The position numbers and the translations under genes are program-made. A stretch of DNA of 64,000 bases from Ramazzottius varieornatus (taxonomy: Eukaryota > Animalia > Tardigrada). Below, piece by piece: positions 50,510 to 62,796 of this stretch (position 1 is the stretch's first letter; the number at the start of each line of letters is the position of its first letter). A model generated the notes under the pieces. That model did no database searches and was not told the DNA's origin. It saw only the letters and a program-made list of their open reading frames with translations. The DNA lies in NCBI GenBank assembly GCA_001949185.1, contig BDGG01000003.1:3889158-3953157 (forward strand), given 5' to 3'.

Positions 50510-53241
50510 TTACAACAGGACCTTGAAATCAAAATTGTCAGGAAGCGGCGGCATCTTCGGAGTCTTGTCCGGAATAGGTACACCTTCCAATCCCAGCAAG
50601 CGAAGCTTGATCTCCCACATCAACAGGTCTTCCATATCTTGCGCGGCCAGCGGCGAACTCATCTCTTTTCCAAGCAAGAAGTGCAGCCCATCAGTCCACA
50701 TATGGAACACATCGGCATTCGGCGCAATGAAGTCCACCGTCTTCTTACTTTCAAAATCTAACACTAGAGAAAACACACAATAAGGCCCCGACTTCTTCGT
50801 TCTAGCATGCGGACAGTCTTTGCCAGTCAGAAGACTCTTAATGTCACTAATAGCCAGAACGTGTGGCATATCTTCCGGTGAAGAAATGACAGCGTCATCG
50901 CAATCGCCGTAGTGCAGCAGTTTCTTGTTGGTGGACAACCGACAACCCCACGACTGCCGCTTGTCTCCAAAGCGAAAGCCGTTTCCGCGTTCACGATGGA
51001 CGAAGTGGTTGCCCTTCTGCATGTAGCACAGGCGGTTCTCGGCGATCAAAGCGAGGATCTCTGGACGGAGCATCTCTCGTAGCTCGACCATAGGCTCGGC
51101 TTTGGACTCCAGTCCTTCTTTGGCAATGCGCCGTTCTTCTCGTATTCGGTTCACTTTAGCATAGTTGTAGTCTTTGATGCGATCTCGCCAGGCTTCCATC
51201 GTTGTAGGAGCTGGAGAATCTCGAAGAGAAAACGAGACCTGTAATCAAACACTCCTAGGCACGAAAAGAAAATGACAGCTCGGTATACAAACTCGCCACG
51301 ATTGGTTTTAAGTGGCTCACGTTTCAAGTGTCTTGGCTGACAGCGTGCGCCACTTGGCAAAACGATCTTGAAGAGTTTGCTTGGCTCGATTTCAAGTTGT
51401 TTAGAGTTTCAAACTTCACACCAAAGCGAAGGACCAACATACTTGTTCCTTGAGAACGTCGATGACTTTCGGGAAGTCTTGGTTGGTCGCTTTCATTTCC
51501 TTCCAAGTCTTGCTGATCGTATGCATAACCAACACATACGCATCTTCGAACGGAGAATCCGAAGAAAACACCACCCTATCATATTGACCCGACTGTTCAG
51601 CCGGGGAACTTCCAATGTTGAACACACCCACCAGAAGTCGAACCACTTCGACACTCGCTGCCAAAAACTGACACTCGGAAAAATCCCGCGAAAAACTCTC
51701 GAGGATCCATTGCCTGAACCTATCCACCTTCTTCGTGGCGAAGAAGTGCATACAGTCCAGGACTAACACTCCTTCCGGAATGGAAGCGAGATCTTCCAAG
51801 ACGGACTTGGGGTTTTTGAACCCAAGTCGGGAAAGTTCGTCAGAGTGGTCGCTGTTCTTACGAGACATGTTTGGTGTGACGGGTATCTCAGCTAGAACCG
51901 TCGATGTGCTCTTTCGCAGATCAGCGATCTGTTTTTCTGTCTGTTCAGTGTCTTGTACCGCAGAGCGTGTTCGGATTTGCGACACATTCAACAGGTTGAT
52001 TTGCAGTATCATAACTTGACGGGCGATCTCGGAGGAGACTGTATGGTCCAGTGGGATGACATCGTTCAAGATCGTGTTACGGATCTCTGGGGAGAGTATA
52101 CCGAGGGTGAGTTTCTCTCGGGCACTGTCGGAAGACTTGCTGAAGACCGCGTTGATGTACGACAAGACGTACTGTTGTGCGCTGGTTCGTTTCAGATGCT
52201 GGAAGAGATGCAAGCAGGAAATTTCTTTCTCGACCAGAGCTTGCTTCGAACTGTTCAGGAGGAGATACTCAAGGATGGCCAAAGAAGACTGGATGGTCGC
52301 GGAATCACAGTTTACACTTCTGTTAACGTATGAAGCCACCTGAAAAATATAAAGCCGAAGTTCGCAGACGTAAAACACGAAGTAACTGGAAAACGAATAG
52401 AATACGGCAGTGACAATGAGTCGGCCACCCCTAGATCTACAGGGATGTATGGGTGACCGACTCAACTACCTTGGCCCATCTGCGCAACACCACATGCGCT
52501 GAAGTGATTGAACAGCTTGTAAAATCGACCTGTCCTTGGACGTATCTCCGCTCTATTGTTTGGTTATTTGATGGCGAACCTTATTTATGAAAGCTTGGTC
52601 CACGATGTCCCAGGAAACGATCCCATGGTCCATCAACTCCAGGAAGCATCCCAACGTTACTGCAGTTACTTCTCCTAGCGAAGCAGTTGCCGGTGATTTT
52701 TCCCATCCGGCTCCTTCGATGATGTTGATCAGCAGGTCGATCCCTTGCTTGTTGATAAACTCCTGAGCGAACGTTATGTCGGATGCGTGGATATGAAGCT
52801 GCCGCAAAGCTTCCTGCTTTGTTGGTCCGTCGCCCATGTTGATGCTATCGACAATACTCTCGACATTCTTTTCTGGTGAAGGACACAAGCACAGAACGGA
52901 GCCATTCTTGACTTCTCCTCTATTTTTCTCTGTGACATAAGAGTGGGTTCTGTCTGTGAACTGTAGGGCAAAGTCGCCTGGACTTTCGATACTCCAGTTC
53001 TGGCACAGGTCGGACACGACGACGGACAGCGGCTTGGACTGGTCGAACGACACCATCTGGGGATTCTTCTTGGGATCATCTTTATAGAACTGTACACCGA
53101 TCTTGGCGATGTTCGAAGCTGACGGACGACTAGCTTGGGTAATTTCCTATAATGAACGGGATGTATCCAAACTCCGAAGGAGGAGGATATCACTATCACA
53201 CCTAAGGCTGATTACAATCACACCATTTATCGACTTACCAT
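50510..53241 (-). CDS. ELMO: Engulfment and cell motility protein (ELMO/CED-12)
   Basis: YVTEKNRGEVKNGSVLCL, DITFAQEFINKQG, FLELMDHGIVSWD, KTWKEMKAT..DF.KV, PH domain CRLSTNKKLLHYGDC...WTDGLHFLLG, C-terminal PPLPDNFDF. Confidence 0.93.
51275..51392. repeat. Palindromic element, copy 20 (ELMO intron)
   Basis: AAGTGGCTCA-N26-TGCGCCACTTGGCAAAACGATCTTG. Confidence 0.82.
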
Positions 53242-53413
53242 ATTCAGTTTCCCATCCAGTGGAGCGCGGATAGTATAAGTATCCGCTACTATCCTCAAAT
53301 CCAACGATGTGTTTTGAACTGTAGTAACGTTGCTTCAGAGGTACTGGAAGATTGAAACTGCTGCTGATTGGTCAGGCTCCACCTACTTTCAGTTTTGTTG
53401 AGTAGCCTACGAC

Positions 53414-54025
53414 TAGTGCTGGGATAAATACGACAAAATACGATATGATATTTTCTGATAAATATCTTTCAATATTTATATTCGTTTTAGATATCAACCA
53501 CGTATCGATATTTCGATATGATACGTTTCTGATATTTTATTGTTGATTTATCGAATTTTATTGCAGTGATATATCGATATATCAAGCCAGAAGCATGTTG
53601 AAAACTATCGAAATCAAGAAAGAGTCAAAGAGAAACCAGACGGCTGTCGTTCACTAAGTTCGAGTCAGAACAAAAGTCACATGTCCTCGTGTACCCGAGT
53701 ATGTTCGCTGCTCAATCTATCAAGGTCTGTCGTTACGCACCTAGGTACGCTGACTGTTCACTTCTCCGAAGACAGCTTGGATGCATGTGCGCTGCCTGCG
53801 CGGTATCGAACCAAAGTATTGACTTCCGAAGTTCCGTTTCTCAAGTGCGGGTCTGCGATTTATCGATATATCAGAAATATATCGATATACCGCGACATTT
53901 ATCATACTCAGCTCAGCGATATTCTGTCCATATCGATATTTCGATATGATATTTTTGTCGTATCGAATCACTGTGATGTGATATATTTCGATAAGGTTCG
54001 ATATATCATATTTATCCCAGCACTA
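53414..54025. mobile_element. hAT-type MITE A
   Basis: TIR TAGTGCTGGGATAAATA; 8-bp TSD cctacgac/cgtacgac; many internal (TAT)CGATA motifs. Confidence 0.85.
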
Positions 54026-54053
54026 CGTACGACGGCAAAATCCCGCCAGAGAC

Positions 54054-54504
54054 TAATGATGAGCATTACATTTTACATTACATTACATTTAACATTACAA
54101 TTGCACTTTTACACGACATTACAACCACGGGGAAGTTGTAATGTAAATGCAAAATGTAATTACAACTTTTACCTACCAGAATCTGCGGTATTTTTGAGTA
54201 TTTTGCCGCCAAAAATCTAAAATTCGGCTGACTTAGCGGAAAAATGTCAGAATCTTCCTGAGTATGGTCATTTTGCAACAGTACTTTTATCTTTGTCTGG
54301 AAGACAATCACTAAGATCTATATCCTATGCAAACATAGACATGGCTGGTCGTCGTTTTCGTCGCTTCTTGTCACTTTTAGGCGTTGCAAACCGCTCGGTC
54401 TGTAAAATGTAAACTAGTGTAAATGTAATTACAGTTTTACAATTACACTATCTTACATCACACTTTACATTACACGGACCATCTGCGTGTGATGCTCTTC
54501 ATTA
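54054..54504. mobile_element. hAT-type MITE B
   Basis: TIR TAATGA.GAGCAT.ACA; perfect 8-bp TSD ccagagac; internal TTACA/TGTAA motifs. Confidence 0.88.
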
Positions 54505-54538
54505 CCAGAGACGGCAGCACGTGTGTTTACTATTCCTC

Positions 54539-55204
54539 CTAGCGACAGGCCGAAAAAATCTGTTGATTGTGTTGATCTTGAGAGTGGATTACGAAATTTC
54601 GCTTTCAAGATAAGCAGTCCCTTAGGTAGCTTATTTTGAAAACGAAAACCTTTTTAGAAAGGTCAGAGCGAGCTTGTACCCCTTTTCCAAGTGGACCAAC
54701 TTGTTTTTGATCATGGTGCTGTCCCGTCGAACGCCGAGCTGACCCAAGTAAATGGATATCTTACGGTAGACTGCAGCTTTGCTCACTCCTGTCGTCTTCA
54801 TTTTTCCCGTCGATTTGCACTTCTTCCCAGCTCCTTTGAGCACCGCGTAGTTGGCCTGATCCTCGAGCCACTGATGTTCTTCCTCTCCTGGCACCCAGAT
54901 TCCAGTCTTGCGTCGTCCCATGATAGATTCACGGGGTATCTTGACTCTGAACTATACAATGTTCCTTACGAAAAGTAGGTTCGATGCTGGACGAGAAAGA
55001 ACAGCAGAAAAGAATGAGGGACGAAAGCTGAGCAAAACCGTATGGAGATTAGAGATAGAAATAATTTCCAGCCAAGTGTGCAGGAGACGATCGGTTTTCG
55101 TTTTCAAAATAAGCTACCTAAGGGACTGCTTATCTTGAAAGCGAAATTTCGTAATCCACTCTCAAGATCAACACAATCAACAGAGTTTTTCGGCCTGTCG
55201 CTAG
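54539..55204. mobile_element. Foldback element with 112-bp inverted arms enclosing a Myb/SANT-like ORF fragment
   Basis: 54539-54650 and 55093-55204 are near-perfect reverse complements; internal minus-strand ORF 54631-54921; no TSD identified. Confidence 0.7.
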
Positions 55205-55926
55205 TAGGACTATCTTTCAGTTCTTCTTTCTGGGAGTCATCCCGTGGTATGAGAAATTAAAGACTCCCTTGGTTCACGTGCTCAAACTCCAGGGACTCGC
55301 GGTGAATACACCCTGCCGACGCTCCTGCCAAAAATGAGTGGCGGAATGGACGATCCTTCTCCTTTGGGCATAGCCGTGTTAGCTTGAGTCTCGGCTCCTT
55401 GGCTTAGCCTTTCCGGCTTCAGCAGAAGGAACAGGCAAGCTCGGACGCGATATTCCTTATGGAACCCAGGATCGCCGTTGATGGCAAGACTAGTAGAGTA
55501 GAAGACACAGTTCCTGTCACCCTTTACGTAGAGTACTCCGGCCGTTTTCAGACCCGGATATAGCCACAGTATAGCCTAGGTCCTCCATCTCGTGCGACAC
55601 TTCCACTGCCACGTTGAGGAAAGTTGTCTCCGCATCATTCGAAGCTTCATCGAGCTTCTTGAGAGCTTCGGCAAAGAACGCATGTCTGCCAACCACAGAA
55701 TCCATGTTCGGAATTGTAAAATTACGCGAAGCCATTGGGAAAACGCGAACTGCTGTTTCCGTTCAATCAATCAAGAGCATGTGCTGCTGTTACAGTCGAC
55801 TCGCGGATGTCGGTTGACTCGGTCACTCGGAGTGGAAATCGCAGGAGGTGTGTCTGTCCAAATCAACGGCAGCTAATCAGCCTGCTCGGCTGTCAGAATG
55901 GCGGTGGCTGCAATCCAAGTCACTAC

Positions 55927-56537
55927 TGGAGACCGGGATCTGGCCGCGTGCGCTGCGTGGCAGCGCAGTTGCAGTATTCACTTTGACCTTTATGTGCAGC
56001 GCAGCGCAGTATGCAGCGCCTGACAAGCTACGGCAGCGAAGCTGCAAATGATACGAAAAGAGAGTTTTCGATTTTCAAACTAAGGATCTCCCGCTTAGCG
56101 GCCGTTATACCCTTGTTTGCTAGGTGTATTCTGCTTCTTCATAAAACAACGACCGGTCGCGCAAGCTTTCCTTGAAATAGTACTTCGCCCAACCGTGAAG
56201 AGCTTAGTGGTTAAGCTGTCACTGTGACCGGATGTTTCGGACTTTGACACAGTTAGTTCTGTAGGTAGCTTCAACGCACTTTGCTGTGAACTGCATTTGT
56301 TAGCCGAATGATTAGAGCTCTATAACGGAGGATCACGTGTTATCTGACAATTCTCTGGAAAGCGGAGGAAATTTGTTATTGATACCGCAGCGCAGTTGCC
56401 TCACACGTACAGTAAGGTGCAGCGCAGCTGCACTGTCCCTCCGGTCCAGATTTACGCAGCGCAGCGTAGTTGCCGAGTACCAGAAAAGGACGCAGCGCAG
56501 ATGCAGCGTACTTTTTGACCTGCGGCCCAGGTCTCTA
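55927..56537. mobile_element. hAT-type MITE C
   Basis: Imperfect TIR T(A/G)GAGACC.GG; perfect 8-bp TSD gtcactac; internal GCAGCGCAG motifs. Confidence 0.85.
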
Positions 56538-56633
56538 GTCACTACATTAATTTCATGTCGCGCAATCAACCAGATGAGCAATCAACTCATAAAGCGCAGC
56601 CGAAGACGGAGAAAAGCTGCACGCCCTGGAGAG

Positions 56634-56758
56634 CAGTGTTCCGCAGGTAAACTCTTCCCGTACTTCCACATGACTGTCAAACGCGCTCAACAAGCTGAGT
56701 TTGGCGAGCCGCAGGCGGTCCGAGATACGGTCGGGAAGAGTTTACCCGCGGAACACTG
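56634..56758. mobile_element. hAT-type mini-MITE D (125 bp)
   Basis: 27-bp TIR CAGTGTTCCGC.GGTAAACTCTTCCCG; TSD ctggagag/ctggagac. Confidence 0.8.
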
Positions 56759-57766
56759 CTGGAGACTGTGGAGAGTGGAGATTGAGAGGGGCGAACACCG
56801 AGGGTGAAAGCTGGCCCGAAAAGCTTTGTTTGCTGTTGACCGTGTCCGAAGAGTGGAGTACAACTTCTGGTGTGTGCGATATTTGATTTCCATCTCGAAG
56901 GTGTGAGGAGAGTGGTGCACTCCGACCTTTTGAGGACGGGGGAGCTCCGTTTCGGCCCCGTCGCTGCTTCGGCCTGTTTTCTCCATGCAAACGCAGTGTA
57001 AAACTAGCATTCTCGATAGTGGTTGTCATTCACGGTTCCTAAAAAGGAGTACCGTACTTACTTTAGGTTGCGTTCATCAACTGGATCGATTACAATGGCG
57101 GGCTAACAAGTCTACTGCTTTATAATACGTCGATCGCAGCAAGACTCCCGCGACGAACCTAATGGATTCTCCCTCCAGGATTTCTTCATCATCTCAGTAA
57201 CTCTTCGTATGGTTCGCGTCGGAGAAAGGCTGGGGATCTCATATGTAAGTGGCGCGCGAGCTGTGGGATAGATTAGCTTGCGGTGTTTCCGCTCTATTGC
57301 CCTTACAACTCGGAGGATGTTGCTGAAATGTGCATCTAGCTGTTGACGCTAGTCGTGATTCATGAAGTTTTAATCTGGTTGCAGACAACTCGCGAAAGAT
57401 TGATTGTGTGACGGACCATTCCAACTTCATTAACACCAAAACTTATGATGTGTGAGGGACTTTCCCCAGCCTAACTTTTCACTCATTCTAACGGGGGGAA
57501 TCCAGGGATCAGTCTGACTTCTAACCAAGAGGCGCCTGTGAAAGTCTCTGTTCGTCTCAAGTGTGTGCTTCTCTTTCATCGATGCTCTACTATTAATAAA
57601 AAGCATACGGGTTGTGGCGAGTGAGCTGATCAATAAGGTTCATTAATCTCTGGCCGTTTCACGCCAGTGTTGTCTGCCTTTGATACGCATATGTTCCGCG
57701 ACTTACATCCCATCCGGAACTAAACTGCCGGAACTTTTAAGATTAGGTTGGTTTGGTAGTTTGCTG

Positions 57767-59570
57767 ATGGAGAATCATATTTCTGGGCTGGAACCTTTGG
57801 CGGAAGATCCTCAGCAGCTTAGGTGCAACCACAGGTCCTCCCCACCTGACGGCGGACCACGGTCTTCTCTCAGTCACCATTCCATTCACAGCCGGAAGCG
57901 TGTTCATCTCGACGGATTCCTCGCATTCTTCCGCTGGTTTTGTCTGATCCGATCAAAGGAGGATGACGGCCTGTGTGATCCTTCCTTCCTGTCCGCTTTG
58001 AAGAAAGTTCTTCTTCACCTGTATTTCTTCCTCTTCGTCCTTCACTCTCTATTGTACATTCTGGAGCTTATTCTGATTTTTGTTTTCGCGGCTGCTACGC
58101 GTGATTCCAGTGTTGACAGTTTGCGGAATCTAATTTATAACAGCCGGTACAGTTTCATGGTGATCAAGAGCTTGTTGTTGTTTTCGTACTTCCGGCCACG
58201 AAGTGACAGCATCGTTAAGCTGACAGCGGCTCTTGAAGAGCAAAATGCTTCGCGATCTTCCAACTTCAAACAGAACATAGCTGTTCTTCGAAAGCTTTGG
58301 ATCTTAGCTATTGGTGTAATCACAGTTACATTTCTTATCGCTTTTGCGTGGGAGATTCTTGACTGGTCCAGTTGGGGTACCGGATTCCATGAGACTTGGC
58401 AGCAAGATGTTGAAATCGCTCTGTTTGGCCGGAAGTTGAAAGTATGGATACTGTGCATTTTCTGGTACAGCCTGGGTACTCCAATCAACCTCTGTATGAA
58501 CCTCGCAATGGTGTTCTTCGCGGAATTGGTGCTAACTTTGTATTTAAACTGGAGGGAGATGAATAAACGACTTACCAACGATCCGCTGTATCTGACCACG
58601 GAGTTCCGGGATGACTGGGAACATCTGCGTCAGCTCGCCGAACAAGCCGACGATATCTTCTCAGCGATGGTCTTTGTTTCGTGGGCGAGTGACATCGTTC
58701 TCTCCGTGGGATACTTGGGATCGGTCATCATTTACGGTGCGGGGAACCCACGAGAACAAGCCTACACGCTGCTGGGACTTTTCATACATGCAATGTGGTA
58801 TCCGGCAATTTACCTGGTTCCGTGCATACTCTTTGACGAAGAAGTAAGCTTTCTGTGAGATTAGATTTGCCAGATTCAGTTTTGAGAAGAATTGGGACAT
58901 CGGCGAACGACTTGAACGTGACTGCTTTCCCAAGTGGCGCAGCTTTTGAGCCAATAGCAATGGGAGCCTGCGCCGCTTGACCTAACGATCATGTATTATA
59001 ATGTACACCGTCCGGCGTCCAATGGCAATCGAGTTCAGTGTTCTCCTTGTTTCGTTCCAGATATTGCGGACGCGCCAGATTGTTGTGGGGACTGTTCACG
59101 AGGAAGTGAGGAGCAAGGAACTTGCCTCCCCGTCATTGGTATGCTCGACTTGACTCACTTCGCTAACACAGTTACCTCTCGAGGTCTATTGGATGGAATA
59201 ATGAGTTGCCGGTTTCGATAAGACTAATCCTCTTTGATTTTCAGTCCAATAACACCAGCACATCATCTCTGCTCCTCCTAAATATCACACTCCAGAATAT
59301 GGCATTCCGACCCGTCGCCTTTACAGCATGGAAGTTCTTCTACATTACCCGAAACGTCATTCTCACTGTAAGCACTGCAAATTTCAGTCCGGCTACGGAG
59401 CAACCATTTCCGCATGAATTCACTACTTCGATTTGTTACAGATCGCCACAGTATTGCTTTCGTACGCATTGGTCCTAATCCAGCTCGTGGGTCGGAAACA
59501 GGATGGAACGCCGACAGCACAGGACGGATTTGGATTAAGTCACCCTAATTCAACTCTGGGTACTCAATGA
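57767..59570 (+). CDS. Gustatory-receptor (7TM chemoreceptor) family protein
   Basis: Long multi-TM first exon followed by short 3' exons; C-terminal AFTAWKFFYITRNVILT|IATVLLSYALVLIQ matches the GR TM7 motif. Confidence 0.8.
58900..58995. repeat. Palindromic N27 element, copy 21 (gustatory receptor intron)
   Basis: CCCAAGTGGCGCA-N27-TGCGCCGCTTG. Confidence 0.85.
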
Positions 59571-60133
59571 CCATTACACGATCATACAGTGTAACTCCGT
59601 TCCTGCTTAACCTTTGACCTACTGACTTGCAGTAGCGCATGTATCCATAGCCCGTCGTTTTTCAATGTCCAAATGTTTTTTGATCGGGTTTCCCCACAAA
59701 GTCCATGTTTTGTTCGCATCCCACGAGTCCACCATGTAGCTCGTGATTGGTCAGGCTCCATCATTTCGGCCCTAACAGCGAATCAACGGAGGAACCTACG
59801 GAGAGCGGGGACCCCGTGGATTCCCATTCGATACTTCGGTTCACTACTGAAACTATATAGAGCCAGCCCAGGAAAAGTCTTGCGGTATAGCTGAGATGCG
59901 CGAGATGTCGTCGTGACCAGGTAACGACCGCGACCGAAGAAAACTAGAACTTACGTAATTGCCCCTTACGAGATACGCAAGTGAGGAAGTAAGGACGTCT
60001 AGATCAATACTCGATCACCATAAGCGGGAACATTATAAGTTAAAATGACTAACCACACTGCCAAAGTCAATCAAGAGTGTAACAAATATCAAAATTTGCA
60101 AACAAACGAGACATAGAAACGGCGTATGCGCAT

Positions 60134-61756
60134 CAGTGATATTTTAATGATGGTAATAGATAGTTTAAAATGGTCGATAATCGGCCGTTTCGAATTTTAC
60201 TATGATAATTAAAATTGGCAAACTCAGCCAACGGATTTTACTATATAGTAAAATTATAGTAAAATTGGCTGGATGGTGGGATAGTAAAATAGATAACCAA
60301 AATTAGGCCAAACTGCAATTACAATGAACCTAAAATGCGGTAAAAGGACCGAAAGTGCGCGATCTATGATATTTGTTGCATGATTTTCGTTGTTTGATAC
60401 TAGACAACATCCGCAAAACGCAACCTTAGAACTGCGTACGAGCTCACGAGGGGATTATGCCTGTTCTCCGCCTTCCCGAAATAGTTTGGTATGATAGAAT
60501 GGTAGAGAAGAGTCTGCTCCATCATCTGAAACTGGCGTAGACTGCCGTATGAAATCCTGGAAGCCTATACAGGAACCGGAAGTGACGTCAAAATCTGGGC
60601 GGTACATAGTTAGTCAATCAAGCGGTTTGATTTCCATGTGGTTGATTCGTTGCTGATTGACAGAGCTACATCGTGCTTCAGCATGCAAGCTCATCACTTC
60701 TGTTATTGAGAATCCCTTTCTCCTCTTCTCCTTCCGATAGCACCATGGATCCAGTTAATCCCTTCAACATATTGAAACTACTGCAGTCGGACTACGAGCA
60801 ACATTTTCAACTGAGCGACCCTCCGAGCGAATTTGACAGAATGTTAAAGACATTCATCAAGGGTACTGTAAACTTTCACCGTTATATCGCTATTTTAAAG
60901 CATGTCTCAGGCTTAATCTTGTACTTAGACGTCCAGATCGACCTGGCGGGAAATACGATACCGCCCAAAGGCACAGGCCACATACAGCCACTGGACGTTC
61001 TCAGATTCGATCGGAGGGTCGCTCAGTTGAGAATTTTGCTCGTAGTCCGACTGCAGCAGTTTCAATATGTTGAAGTGATAAACTGGATCCATGGTGCTAT
61101 CGGAAGGAGAAGAGGAGAAAGGGATTCTCAATAACAGAAGTGATGAGCTTGCATGCTGAAGCACGATGTAGCTCTGTCAATCAGCAACGAATCAACCACA
61201 TGGAAATCAAACCGCTTGATTGACTAACTATGTACCGCCCAGATTTTGACGTCACTTCCGGTTCCTGTATAGGCTTCCAGGATTTCATACGGCAGTCTAC
61301 GCCAGTTTCAGATGATGGAGCAGACTCTTCTCTACCATTCTATCATACCAAACTATTTCGGGAAGGCGGAGGACAGGCATAATCCCCTCGTCAGTTTGCG
61401 CACCGGGTCAAGACAAGCGCACCAGGTCAACCACACCAGGTCATACGAAACAAGCTGCGTACCACATAGTTTCGTTCCGCGCACCGTGAATGGTGCGTTT
61501 TGTGCCGCTGCGGTGCATTGATTCAAAATCTGAAGAGCTACCAGTGCGTCAGCATGGCGTAAAATGTGCCACGTTGGATCGCCCACAATTAAAATAATTT
61601 GAATTTCAGCTGCTAACACAAGTGAGATTAATACATAATAGACAATTTCACGAGAGCCGTTTCCTGCAATTAAAATTATGAAATCTGGTAGAATTTTAAT
61701 GATTGTAATAGGAATCAAAATTCCAAAAGTCATAGTAAAATAACACTGATCACCTG
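60134..61756. mobile_element. hAT-type MITE E interrupted by a nested foldback element
   Basis: Termini CAG...CTG flanked by atgcgcat on both sides (palindromic, so the TSD call is ambiguous); subterminal TAGTAAAAT/TTTTACTA motifs at both ends. Confidence 0.6.
60446..61391. repeat. ~950-bp near-perfect inverted repeat (arms ~390 bp, spacer ~165 bp)
   Basis: 60446-~60835 is the reverse complement of ~61003-61391 with few mismatches; mirrored ORFs starting MLQHASSSLLLL on both strands. Confidence 0.92.
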
Positions 61757-61774
61757 ATGCGCATGTCAATATAC

Positions 61775-62196
61775 TAGAGCCGTGCAACATGCAGCACGTT
61801 CTGCACTGCACTGCGTTTTACTGCAATGCAGTGCAGTTGTAGTCGCCTAAATGGTGAGAAAATTCAGTTGCAGTACAGTTGCAGTTTTCAAAAAACGAGC
61901 ACCGTTCGTCGCAGTATACTTTTTTTGCCCCAAAACAGTAGTAAAATCAGCTTTTTCTGCATTTTCTGGCCGGATTCTGCCGTTTTTCGGTTAAATCTCC
62001 GTAAAACAACGACGTTTACGATGTGTTCGACATGTATTTCCGTTGGCAGGCAGAACCACCAAATTTCTAAATGCAGTGCAGTACAGTTGCAGTTCGGAAA
62101 ACAGCAGAAAACTACAGATGCAGTGCAGTTGCAATTTCTAGAAACCAGATTCAGTGCAGAAGCACCACTGGTTTGAGCTACTGCTGCAGGGCTCTA
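61775..62196. mobile_element. hAT-type MITE F
   Basis: TIR TAGAGCC.TGCA.CA; TSD caatatac/caatttac; internal TGCAG/CTGCA motifs. Confidence 0.82.
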
Positions 62197-62796
62197 CAAT
62201 TTACATGTACATGAGATAATAGATCTGTTTCGCAAGTCATGTTTTCGGCTTGCACAGCATACGTACGAGGAAGACTCCATAATTATGTCAGGGTGAGATT
62301 CACACTGTAATTCGGTCAGGCTTTTTTCTCGATGCCCACTGGACCGAATCTTCCACTGCTTGTTTATACGTTGTAACGACAACTTTGCCGAGTCTTCTAT
62401 TAAGTTTGAAGAGATTCACGAGATAAAATGAGGAGATATAGGCTCTGGAAGTCAGGAGCATCCCGCTAATGTTAAAAAGCCTGCGAAATAAATCAAGACA
62501 AGGCCGCTAGGGGGCACGTTCGTCGTTTTTTGCAGAAATGCTTGCAAACAGGAACACCACGTCATGTCGTCGGTTTCTGCGTTTACAGCACGATCATGAA
62601 CGTTGCATTGGCTCAGCATGGAATCCATGACGTATAGCTCTCCCGATACGTACAGTGATGCCGTACTGCATTGCCAGTTTTCACAAAAGGATATTTCCTG
62701 CAGATTTTCTGGTCTTTCATACTGCGATATTTCTCTCTCACGATGGCTGTCCGTTCTCAGCTGAAAACAGCGTTCAGGTGCACCAAGAGTGTCGTG

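Noticed and set aside
55261-57640. Short ORF fragments between the MITEs
   Set aside because: Probably decayed TE or gene remnants, but no recognisable motif.
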